A stretch of DNA of 64,000 nt, taken from NCBI GenBank assembly GCA_028534125.1, contig CM052849.1, positions 20,460,001 through 20,524,000 of the forward strand. Direction: 5' to 3'. The DNA comes from Lama glama. Taxonomy: Eukaryota. The translations under genes were made by a program, and so were the position numbers. The number at the start of each line of letters is the position of its first letter. Within the stretch, counting starts at the first letter, position 1. Positions 43,801 to 52,838 of this stretch are shown piece after piece. The notes under the pieces were generated by a model. That model worked only from the letters and a program-made list of their open reading frames with translations, was not told the DNA's origin and made no database searches.

Positions 43801-46800
43801 AGGAGCCCCGAACCCGCCTGTCCAAGCCCTGCACACACTCAGGCTGAAGAGGCCGCAAGGAGGAGATCCCACAAGCCTCTACCTTCTCCTGGCTTCTCAG
43901 CCCCCCACGAGGCACGCTCCACTTGGCCTTACAGGAGTTGAGAAATACACACCAAAAGGCGCCACTCCCGAAGCCAAACGCCCAGAGACTTGCCGCGGTG
44001 CCAGCTGGGCCTGCGACCCCAACTTCCAGCCCCTGGGCGCCTGCTTGCTCCTCTTTGGAAGATGAGGTGCCCCCTCTCCTGACGGTGTGACCCGAGCACT
44101 GTTAGCCCCGGAAACGGCCAGCCCCGCCGCAGGATGCCTTGTCTCAGCTCCATCCCGCTGGGGCCGTAAGCCCACCCCCACCCTCCTCCCATACACCAGA
44201 GCCCCTCACCTCACTCTCAGCCCATCAGAAATCTGCTCCCCCGCTCCTTTGTGTTCACAGCCCCTTCCCCAGTAACAGACGCTGCACGCTCACCCCCGAG
44301 CTCACACAGGCACCTCTTGTCTGTGTGGCCCGCTGTTGCCAGCAGCAGCGTATCTGTTACACTTTCCTTTTGTCTTTGGTAAATCCTTTTACTGCCGACG
44401 ACACTGGCCCACTGTGTCCACCAAACATTTGGCAGCCCGTATGGGGAACCCCCAAAACATGGGGGACTCCAAAGGTACACGGAGCCTAGGGGCAGATCTC
44501 TCTCCCCCACTTCATACTGCGGCCTCTCCCCTGAGCAGGAGGCCAGACGGCCGGGGCGGGCTTCCCTGCCCGCCTCTGCTCTGCTCTCTCTCACTTCCCC
44601 TCCCGCTGCTCCCTAGTGTTGGGGACTTCTCCCAAGTCCTGCCGAGAACTGAGGACCTCCGGCTGGGCTGCTCTCAGCAGGCTCTGAAACGCGGTCTGAT
44701 GGACGGGGGTGACCCCTGCCCTGACCTCAGGAACGCACACAGGAAGCACCTTCCTTCTCTACCTCCTCCACCCGCTTAGCTCTTGGCTACTACACAGCCC
44801 GTCCCTGGGCCAGAGGGGGCTCTGCATCTCCCCGGGGAAGGCACACATGAGGACTGGTCGTCCAGTGCCTTGAGTCACCCAGGACCCTGTCTCCTGGTCG
44901 GCCCCAGACACGTGAGAGGGAAAGGCGGGTCCAGCGGGTAAAAGCCCTTCTCCCCACAATCAGTGCACTCCCATACGGACTTTCCTGCTCCCGCTCTGCG
45001 GTCTCGGAGCCCAAGAGCCAGATGCTGTCCTCCTGCGTCTCCTCCCACACCGCCTCTGCGACCACGACGCGTCAGAGACATCAGCTGAGTCTCCTGTCTC
45101 CAATCCCTGCCCAGGCAGAAGCCCCCAGTGGGCGAGGTGCGGCCTTTCCCTCTTTCTAAGCTGCTCAGCCCTCGCGCTGGTCTGGCCTTGGCACTGACCC
45201 CTTGGCGCTAGTGGGATGGCTCCTTGAGCCCCCGCGCTGGTCTGTTTCTCAGCCTCTCCGCTGGTGGCCTTGGCACCGGCTTTGGCCCACGTGCCGGCTG
45301 GCTTCCCTTCCCTGGGGGACACCCAAAGTAAAAGGACGCCGGAGGTTTGGCCTCTCTTTCTGGGGCAGATGCCCCAGAACAGCCTGCTGGCTCCCTCTCT
45401 GCTACCTCCCTTAACTGCCACGGGAGGCGCTGCTTCTGTTCCCCGGGACTCACTGCTGGGTGCATTTTGAAACACTGGAGTAAGTCTGACTCCCAGACAT
45501 TGGGAAAAAAAAAGCAGCTTGTCTTTTTCTGTAATGTCACCTGGCCCCAGTACCAACTTCCAGATCAGGAGACCCGGCCCCTTCGGGGACCCTGAAGTCT
45601 AACACTCTTCTCCAGCTTGATTTTCTGTCGCCAACTGGGCAAACGGTCTGAGGTCCCCTGTGTCCAGGCTTTTACAGTTCTCTCCCCAAATTCGGACCTT
45701 CGTGAAAACTACCGTATGTGTCTCTCCCGATTCTTGCAGACCCCGCCACACTCCAGTCCCCGTGTGCCCGATGATCAGCCAGACATTCTGGCTGACCCCT
45801 CCTCTCTCGGGTTCCTAACGACAACCAGACGCCTTCTCTACAGCCTTCACTGCCCACTCTGCCTCCGACCGCCCCAGCTCTGGGACTGCTTCGTCCTCTG
45901 CCTCTCCCCCGCCCCCTCTCCCCTTGGGCCCCTCGACGGCTGAGTACCGTTCCTGGTCCCCGCTCTGTATCAGGGCCCCTTCTCCCCACCACACGCTGGA
46001 CCAGGTGTTATTTACAACACAGCAGGACCGGCACCCCCAGTCAAGATGGATGTTCCAGAAGTCCCAGAACAAGACAGCACGCTGCCCCCTCGTGAGGTCA
46101 CTGATGGGGAAGTGGGCGCCGTTCGGGGCCATGGGCCTTCTCTGTGTCAGGACCCTCACAGACACAGGCCAGGCTAGGCTCTTTCAGCCAGAACGCGTCT
46201 CGCTTCATACAGGAGTTCCAGGTCCTCACCGCCTTTGACTTGAGCCGGCAGGACGTACTTGTTTTCACCACCTGTTGTACTAGTGGAGAAAAAGCCGCAT
46301 CTGGTCCTCGGTCAGCGCTGGGCTGACGAGGTCCACGCTCGAGCTGCCCAAAATGCCAAGCCTGGGAAGGAAGCAGATCTCCACTGGACGTACAAGAAAG
46401 GGGCCCCGGGAGCGAACGGCGCAACCATGTGATTGCCTCCTTGCTGGAAGGGATGAAAAAGGCTGTGGTGAGACCTGTTAATTATACTGAACTGAGAGTG
46501 ATCTTTCAGACACCTGATGGAAGTCCAGCCCTCCTCCATTCCAGGTTGGCGGAAGCCACGTGGAAGTGCCCCAGTCGCAGCCCTGACAGCCCAGGGGGCC
46601 CCGCGACACGAGCAGCTCATTTCAGCCGCCCGGCGTCCCCACACACCAGACAACAGCTTCAGGAGCTTGACCACGGCCCACAGACGCCCCTCCTGTCCTG
46701 TCAGGTGTGGCTTCCAGGTCTTTACCGACCGGGCAGAGACACCGAGGGGGAACGGGAAACGGGAGGGACAAGCAGCAGAGTGAACACCAGGCCTCCAGGA

Positions 46801-49800
46801 CTGCCAACGCCCCGCAGGCACCCACTCAACCGGCCGCAAGCACAAGCGTCTGTCCGCAGGGAGCCCCGCCCTGGACAAGACCGTCTCTCTCCCTTGTCAA
46901 CAGGCTGGGCATCCCAGTCCACACTGCGGGGAGGCCCCTCCAGGCCTTGCCCTGTATGCAAGGAAAAGGGTCACTGGAGGCCGGACTGCCCCTCTCTCCT
47001 GGCGCGGGATTGGGAGGGCCACCCCAGAGCCAAGGAGCCCTGTCAAGGCCGAGGCCCGTGCCCCAGGGCGCGCCTGCGGCTGGAGCCACAGAGGCCAGCA
47101 GGCCCCCCAACTCCGTTCCTCGACTTTGAGGAGCCGGGCAAGTACCGAGGGGGGGGGAGTGGCCCTCCCCCGGCCCACGGGGCCCAGAGGCTGTGGCAGG
47201 AAAGTCAGTCACATTTCTAGCTGACTCGAAAGACACTTACACCACCGGAACTTCACGTTTTCCTAGACCGAGCTGCCGGTCCTGGGTCCTCCTTCCTGGC
47301 ACAGACGGCCATCCCCAGACTGGCCGATCAACCCCACAGTTACCCAGGACTCCAGAAAACTGATTTTCACTCCCACGCTCCTTGTCCTCCCGAACGCCCC
47401 ACAACACTAGAGACCAAGCCTCGCGCCCACCCCCACTTCCCAGAGTCAGCCCCTCGGCAGCTCAGCCCTCAGCCCTAAAACACACAATCTGCTAAGGCCA
47501 GCAAGCACCTCAGAGGCCAGCGACAAGAGCCAGACCTGGCTAAGCCGGTGCAAGTCCAGATGAAAGAACCTAACTTTCCCTCAGGAATCTCAGTGACCCC
47601 TTTCCCCTGAGGAATCTCAGTGACCCCTTTCCCCTCAGGAATCTCAGTGACCCCTTTCCCCTCAGAAACCTCAGTGACTCCTTTCCCCTCAGGAATCTCA
47701 GTAACCATTTCCCCTCCATATACTCAATAGCGTTTGAAGCCTGCGGCCTGGAGGGGCCTCCGGTACCTGTTTCTTGCATTCTTGTCATTGCCATGCAACA
47801 CTTGATCCCACCCGTATAAAAGGCGGATGGGACGTATGGGTGGCTGAGCTCACGGCCTCCGTGAGGCTGTGGTCTCCACACACCCACTGGGCAAATCCCT
47901 GACAGTCTGGGCAGAGTCCCGCTCAACCCTCTGGTACTGTGTGAGACCTTAAGGAGGCCTTCCTCTGCATCCTGGACACCCTCCCTCCCAGTTTCCTTTT
48001 GCTCTTGAAGCAAGATTTACAAACTGAAGTGTCCCAACCGTCAACCTGGACAGTCCCGTCCCAGGGGGTCAGAGACAGCCCCCATTTATCCGGACGAGCT
48101 CTAGCAAAGGATCTCTCTGCTTCGGTTTTCCCCGGCAGGGCCTTACCTCTGTATTTAGCAGACTTGCCAACGTGTAGCCTTGATAGAGTCTTCTGACTCA
48201 AGCACCATAATGGCACTACAAAAACCGGCCTCACGTGGGGATAAAGTCTCTCCCTCTGAGACCCAAACATGCACTCACAGGGCACAATTCCTGGGCCTCA
48301 CAGTAACCCCAGGAACAATGGGTTTGCCAGTCCAGAGAAACAGACTACTCTAGACACGGGGACCCCAGAGCTTTCCTGGGAATGGCAGGGTTTTGTAGGG
48401 CCTGGACACCCCGGTTTGGCCTCACAGCAAAGCTGCTCCACGCAGCTCTACAGGGACCAGAAAAGGAGCCCTGAGATGGACCAGGCACTGCAAACCCTCT
48501 AACAGACCCCCACAGCGCCCCAGCTTTAGCTCTGCCTAATCTACAAAACCCTTTCTCCTGTTCGTGCATGGAATGCGGGGTTGCCCTGGAAGTCCTTCCA
48601 CAGGACCCACCAGGCGGCCTGGAGCATCTCTCTCTAAAAATCTGGATCCTGTGGCCCAAGGAGGGCCCCGTGCCTCAGACCTCTAGCTTCTGTAGTTGAA
48701 GAGGCTTCAAAATTAACTCTGGGGCAAAATTAACTGCCTACCCGCCCCATCAAGTAATGGGCATTCTAAATTCAAAGCCTTTTCACTGGGTCTCTGACAG
48801 TCAGATCACCAAATAGCGAACGTTCCTCTTAAAAACTCCTGAACTCATGATTAAACAGTGTCAAACCCTCAGCGCAGCCCCTTCACTTCCTGACCCAGAG
48901 GCAGACTCCTCTACTGAACACTCATGCCTTCAGATACTAGATCTGACTTGTGCTGCTAGACCAGACTTACAAGGTAAGCCGCTCGAGGACCCAGATGACA
49001 CCTGGCTTCCTGGTGCTGGGAGTGTTATGTTAAATGGGGCTCGACTGTCCGGTTACACCTCTGTGAGCCTTGCCAGTGCTACAGAATCAGGGCCTCCTCC
49101 CGGAGGCCCCTCTTCTGCTCAGAAGGCTGAACGCACAGCTCTCACCCGAGCTGTGCAACCAGGGGCAGGAGTGAGGTTAAACGCTGACACTGACTCATCA
49201 TGCGCCTTCCGTGTTGTTCACACACATGCCGCCATCTGGTGAGAAAGGGGTCTTCTCACAGCACAAAACACACCCACCAGACATGCTTCGGAAATCTCAG
49301 ACTTGCTGGAAGCTGTAAATTATGCTTCCTACACATGGCAGTGATTCCGTCAAGCGCATCAAAGGGTAACGTGAGATTTCCCGAGAAAAATCACAAAGCA
49401 AACAGGCCAGAGAAGCGGCAAAACTTCCCACTCAGGCAGCTTTACTTCCAACCCGCATGCCGGGGACCCCTCAGCACACTGAGGGAAAATGCAGGAGGCA
49501 ACAAACACGGGACTCACTTTCACTCCTGAAGATGGCTTAAAAGCCCTGAGGGTAATGGTGACTCCCAAGAGCCTGAGCACAGAAAGCGCCACAGAACCTC
49601 CACGAGTCCGCCCCTTTGGGGGCAAAGGCCCTACAGGACTTAACACAGCCTCCGTTCGCGGGAAAGGGGACTTCTCAGACCCTGCGTGACACCTCCCACG
49701 CACGCCCAGTTCGTCGCCGGGTTAATAGCGAGGGACACGTTAGGCCACCGCCTCTCCTTCACCCAGTTCAGAGAAGAACCTCAGCCACCAGGACAGGACT

Positions 49801-52560
49801 GGCAGATAAAGCTCACCCACGCGCCCCCATGTAGACCTGAATTACCTCCCGGCGTTTATGGACGCTGCCACAGGACGGACTGAAGCTTTCCCCACGAAAA
49901 CAGAGAGGACACCAGAAGTAGCTGCTGCTTTGCTGGCTCATGGTTAGTCCGTTACGGCCTACCCTGCTCCTTAACAACCAGACAACGGCCCAGGTTTTGT
50001 TCCTCAAATAACCCAAGGACTGGCAGAAGCCCTGCAAGTCAAACATCGTTCACATGCTATGCGGCACCCCCAGTCCTCTGGCAAAGTAGAGAGCGCCAAC
50101 CAAACAGTAAAAAGAATAAAATAAAAAAGAATCCTAACAAAACTTACACAAGAAGCCCAGCAGTCCTGGTCCACCCTCCTCCCTACTGCCTTGCTACGAA
50201 CACGAATTACTCCAAAAGCAGCAGCTCACTAAGTCTCCAGGCTCCCCCGTGGCAGGCCCTTCCTCCAGACAGATTCACTAGCGGCTTCTGAGAGGCACCA
50301 CCTGGCCCAACACGCGGTGACTTCAGATCAGACTGCAGAGGCCCTGCTGAGTATCATGATCATGCGAGTCCAAAGCCTGACCCTGATTTTCAGGAAATTC
50401 CCATCCAAACCTTGTCCCCAGGGACTGGGTTTATCTCAAATTCTTCCACAGGACAAACAGCCGCTTCAGCCTGTCTGGACGCGACCTCATCCGGTGCTTC
50501 TGACCGTTCCCACGGCAGTGAGGCTAGATGGGCTTACTCCTTGGACATACCTGTCCCACGTAAAGGCTGCCGCCCCGCAGCCCTTGAAAGTGGATAAGTT
50601 GCTGACAAATACCTCGTACAGCTGTGAACCCCTAGAGGCGCTCCATCTACTGCGCAAATCAGGCGCTAGTCCCGATCCCTAGCTCAGTGAGTGCCACCTG
50701 CTGGGCTACTCCAGAAGCATTGGATTTGAGGCCAGCTCCCGTGTAGTGTCCACATCTGCTGGCTTGCCATGGTCAGCTTCACCCCTACAAGGATCTGATC
50801 GGAAAGAGTCTTCCACGTTTACTCGTCAACTAATATTTAACATGAATGAAGATGTAACTTGTTATGACCCTTTAAAACGCCACCCTTTGAGGGCACCTAT
50901 GTGAAATCACTAACTATGACCCGTCAAAGTGGCCCACAGGAAACACCGCTGATCTGCCGTAGCTCAGGCTGACTTGTCTCAGCCCGCGTTTCCTCCACAT
51001 CGGAGTCATAAAGCCCACCAACCTGCCATACACCAAAGCCCCTCACCTCATTTACGGCCAATCAAAAATCTGTTCCCCTGTCCCTTTGTGTTCACAGCCC
51101 CTTCCCCAATAAAAGACCCCGCACGTTCACCCCACTGCTCACACAGGCACCATCTGTGTGGCCCACTGCTGCCTGCAGCAGCCTATTTATTAAACTTTTC
51201 CTTTGTTTCTTAAACCTTCCTTTCTCTGTGGTAAATTCTTTTACTGCCCGTGACACTGGCCTGCTTTGTCCCTCAACACTTACCTTCACCCCTACAACAT
51301 CCACCCTCCGAGCCCCACCTGCAAGGCCCTCCGTGACCCAGTGCTCTCCTGCCTGCACCTTTGTTTCCTACTGCTGGCTGTGTCCCAGGCATGTGAACCC
51401 CCGTTTTTCTCACACACAAAGCTCCTTGCTACCTCGGGGCCTTTGCCCCAGCCCTGCCCTCTGCTTGGCACACACTGCCCTGCCACCCCCCAACCTTAAC
51501 TAGGCTGATCCCTGTCTTCTAATCCCAACCCAAAGTGGACCTCCCAAGTCTGTCAAATCTCTTGTGCTTCCTAGTGACCATCACCCTCCAAACACCCTTT
51601 AGCTCGTGTATTTACTGAAATCTCTTACGCTAAGATAAACTTGCGCAGCTGGCCCAGAAACCTGGTAGACTCTCCCATTTTGCGTGCTAGGTTGGTGAGC
51701 ACAGTGGAAGCTCCTTAAATGTGCACCCCGAGTAAGCGAAGCTGTTTAGAGAGATCTCTGTGACAGCAGCACGGAAGCCGATTTCATATACCGCTTTAGA
51801 AAAAAAAAAAAAACCACAGAACTCTTACAATTGAAGTTCACACAGCATTCAAACCACTAGCAGACACTGCAGGAAAGGCAGCTGAGATGTCCCCCGTTAC
51901 CCTGCTAAGGTACTCACTGGACACACACCACCGCCCTCCAAGCTACCGCAGTAGTAGGAGCGGCAGTAAGGACAGCCACCCTGGCCCTGCAGCCTTCCAC
52001 CCACCCCGGCCGCTCACCTTTGGCGCCCTGCTCCTCCCGAAGCCCCCGAGCACCAGGGCCTGGGCTGGGGGCCCAGGGGCCTCTTCGGGGAGCGGGCCGC
52101 CTGGGCCCTCCGGCGGCCGTGCCGCGTCCGCGCCCACGCTGCTCTCCTCCGGCGCCTCCTCGCCGCTCTCTGCGAGGCAGAAGCGGGGCCGGGGCCGCGC
52201 GTCAGCCGCACGTGGACCCGAGCCCCAGGGCCGCGGCCCCGCCCGGCTCCGCGCCGCCTCACCTGCGCCCGCGTCCTCGCCGTCCGCTCTCCGCCGCTTG
52301 CCGCTCGGCTCGCCCGGGCTCGCCGGCGCCCCACCGCCCTCGCGCCTCCGCGTCCTGCGCGGCCGCCGCCGCCGCTTCCCCGCCGCCTGTGCGGGCTCCG
52401 CGGACCCCGCGGGCTCCTGCTGCAGCGGCTGCCTCTGCCGCTCCCGCTCTCGAGCCCGGCACTGCAGCCGCTGCAGCAGCGCGCGAGCCCGGCCGTCCGC
52501 GTCGGCCTCCGCCCCGGCCGCCTCAGGGCCGGCGTACCGCGCGACGTGGAAGAGCGCCAT
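40813..52560 (-). CDS. DDX51: DDX51, DEAD-box RNA helicase (Dbp6 orthologue, 60S biogenesis); complete, 15 exons, 646 aa
   Basis: Exons (plus-strand coordinates): 52263-52560, 52018-52169, 43617-43767, 43225-43370, 43069-43140, 42871-42977, 42631-42739, 42415-42560, 42072-42270, 41877-41992, 41673-41789, 41434-41535, 41264-41327, 41027-41161, 40813-40839. Sum 1941 nt, all GT-AG, no frameshift. Motifs: [48 protein letters not shown]. Confidence 0.97.
41027..41161 (-). CDS. DDX51: DDX51 exon 14 (ERRFLRML...RAVK)
   Basis: tccag| ... AAG|gtgag. Confidence 0.94.
41264..41327 (-). CDS. DDX51: DDX51 exon 13 ([11 protein letters not shown])
   Basis: ttcag| ... CAG|gtcag. Confidence 0.94.
41434..41535 (-). 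CDS. DDX51: DDX51 exon 12 (TDATARGID...TYVH)
   Basis: accag| ... CCG|gtgag. Confidence 0.94.
41673..41789 (-). CDS. DDX51: DDX51 exon 11 ([10 protein letters not shown]...GKIQ)
   Basis: cccag| ... GCT|gtgag. Confidence 0.94.
41877..41992 (-). CDS. DDX51: DDX51 exon 10 (HHYVPC...FTNSRENAH)
   Basis: cacag| ... CAG|gtgag. Confidence 0.94.
42072..42270 (-). CDS. DDX51: DDX51 exon 9 (KLLFSATLT)
   Basis: ttcag| ... GCG|gtgag. Confidence 0.94.
42415..42560 (-). CDS. DDX51: DDX51 exon 8 (VIDEADRM)
   Basis: tgcag| ... CAG|gtacc. Confidence 0.94.
42631..42739 (-). CDS. DDX51: DDX51 exon 7 (ATPGRLVDH)
   Basis: cacag| ... CTG|gtagg. Confidence 0.94.
42871..42977 (-). CDS. DDX51: DDX51 exon 6 ([12 protein letters not shown]...)
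   Basis: tccag| ... GAC|gtacg. Confidence 0.93.
43069..43140 (-). CDS. DDX51: DDX51 exon 5 (LPTKELAQQ)
   Basis: cacag| ... CAG|gtacg. Confidence 0.94.
43225..43370 (-). CDS. DDX51: DDX51 exon 4 (motif I APTGSGKT)
   Basis: tccag| ... CAG|gtgag. Confidence 0.95.
43617..43767 (-). CDS. DDX51: DDX51 exon 3 ([12 protein letters not shown]...SYFP)
   Basis: gacag| ... CCAG|gtgcc. Confidence 0.94.
43930..44427 (+). repeat. 5' LTR of the provirus (5' end approximate)
   Basis: 44085-44427 aligns with 50915-51278 (shared tttgtgttcacagccccttcccca, gctcacacaggcacc, ggtaaat..ttttactgcc, gacactggcc). Ends in CA directly before the PBS. Confidence 0.82.
44430..44447 (+). promoter_or_regulatory. Retroviral primer binding site, best match tRNA-Ile(AAT)
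   Basis: TGGCAGCCCGTATGGGGA versus TGGTGGCCCGTACGGGGA, the complement of the recalled tRNA-Ile 3' end (15/18); 2 nt after the LTR end. Confidence 0.7.
45420..47148 (+). pseudogene. ERV gag relic
   Basis: MA: [33 protein letters not shown] and [11 protein letters not shown]: [21 protein letters not shown] and [23 protein letters not shown]. Intact zinc knuckle [14 protein letters not shown] at 46948-46989. Confidence 0.88.
47149..50682 (+). pseudogene. ERV pro-pol relic
   Basis: Protease [16 protein letters not shown] (~47193). RT: [24 protein letters not shown] and LYLADL (degenerate YVDD). RNase H: [13 protein letters not shown]...[18 protein letters not shown]. Integrase: [21 protein letters not shown], and GPY/F-type [23 protein letters not shown]. 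Confidence 0.88.
47575..47715 (+). repeat. 27-bp minisatellite, ~5.2 copies (TTTCCCCTCAGGAATCTCAGTGACCCC)
   Basis: Directly visible tandem units with 0-3 differences each. Confidence 0.95.
50718..50805 (+). pseudogene. Short env SU remnant
   Basis: HWI*GQLP (decayed CWIC) followed, with a frameshift, by [18 protein letters not shown], typical of a gamma-type SU N-terminus; the rest of env is missing. Confidence 0.55.
50915..51278 (+). repeat. 3' LTR of the provirus (start of U3 and PPT not recognisable)
   Basis: Direct-repeat homology to the 5' LTR; CCAAT 51058-51062, AATAAAA 51108-51114, ATTAAA 51189-51194; ends tcaaca. Confidence 0.82.
52018..52169 (-). CDS. DDX51: DDX51 exon 2 (ESGEEAP...[10 protein letters not shown])
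   Basis: ctcgcag| ... AAG|gtgagc. Confidence 0.9.
52263..52560 (-). CDS. DDX51: DDX51 exon 1 (MALFHVARY...GEDAGA)
   Basis: ATG at 52560; GCAG|gtgagg donor. Confidence 0.9.
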
Positions 52561-52721
52561 GCCGGCCGGCCGCGCGCCTCTCCCGCCCCGCGCGCCGCGA
52601 TGACGGCGCCGGCGCCGGCCGTGACGTCAGCAGCGCGCCCGCCACGACGTCAGTGGCGCGCCGGCCGGCGGGCGGCGGGCGGCGGGCGGCGGTGTTGCTC
52701 TCTCCCGCGTGGGGCGGCGGC
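52561..52721. promoter_or_regulatory. Bidirectional DDX51/NOC4L promoter in a CpG island (~52000-52940), with CRE sites
   Basis: Divergent ATGs at 52560 (-) and 52722 (+). TGACGTCA at 52622-52629, CGACGTCA at 52645-52652, TGACG at 52601, plus GGGCGG boxes. Confidence 0.88.
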
Positions 52722-52838
52722 ATGGAGCGGGAGCCCGGCCCCGGCGGCGCGCGCCGGGCGCTGGGCCGCCTGGTGGAGGCGGTGCTGGCGAGCCGCGGCG
52801 AGGCCAACGCCGTGTTCGACATCCTGGCCGTGCTGCAG
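52722..52838 (+). CDS. NOC4L: NOC4L exon 1
   Basis: ggcggcATGG Kozak; CAG|gtggg. Confidence 0.93.

Larger units (their letters stand above)
43930..51278 (+). mobile_element. Degenerate class I (gamma-like, ERV1) endogenous provirus in DDX51 intron 2, antisense to the host gene
   Basis: Paired direct LTRs ending ...ACA at 44427 and 51278, PBS, and gag MA/CA/NC, protease, RT, RNase H, integrase and env-stub motifs in canonical order. Many stops and frameshifts. The 5' boundary is approximate. Confidence 0.92.

Noticed and set aside
46429-47220. 263-aa ORF with Gag capsid and an intact CCHC knuckle as a domesticated gag gene
   Set aside because: It starts at GTG, Gag homology slips into another frame after GPQTP (FQVF lies in another frame) before returning, and upstream gag is disrupted; best read as a chance open frame
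47575-47715. 27-bp repeats as a CRISPR-like array
   Set aside because: No spacers; head-to-tail tandem repeat in a mammalian genome
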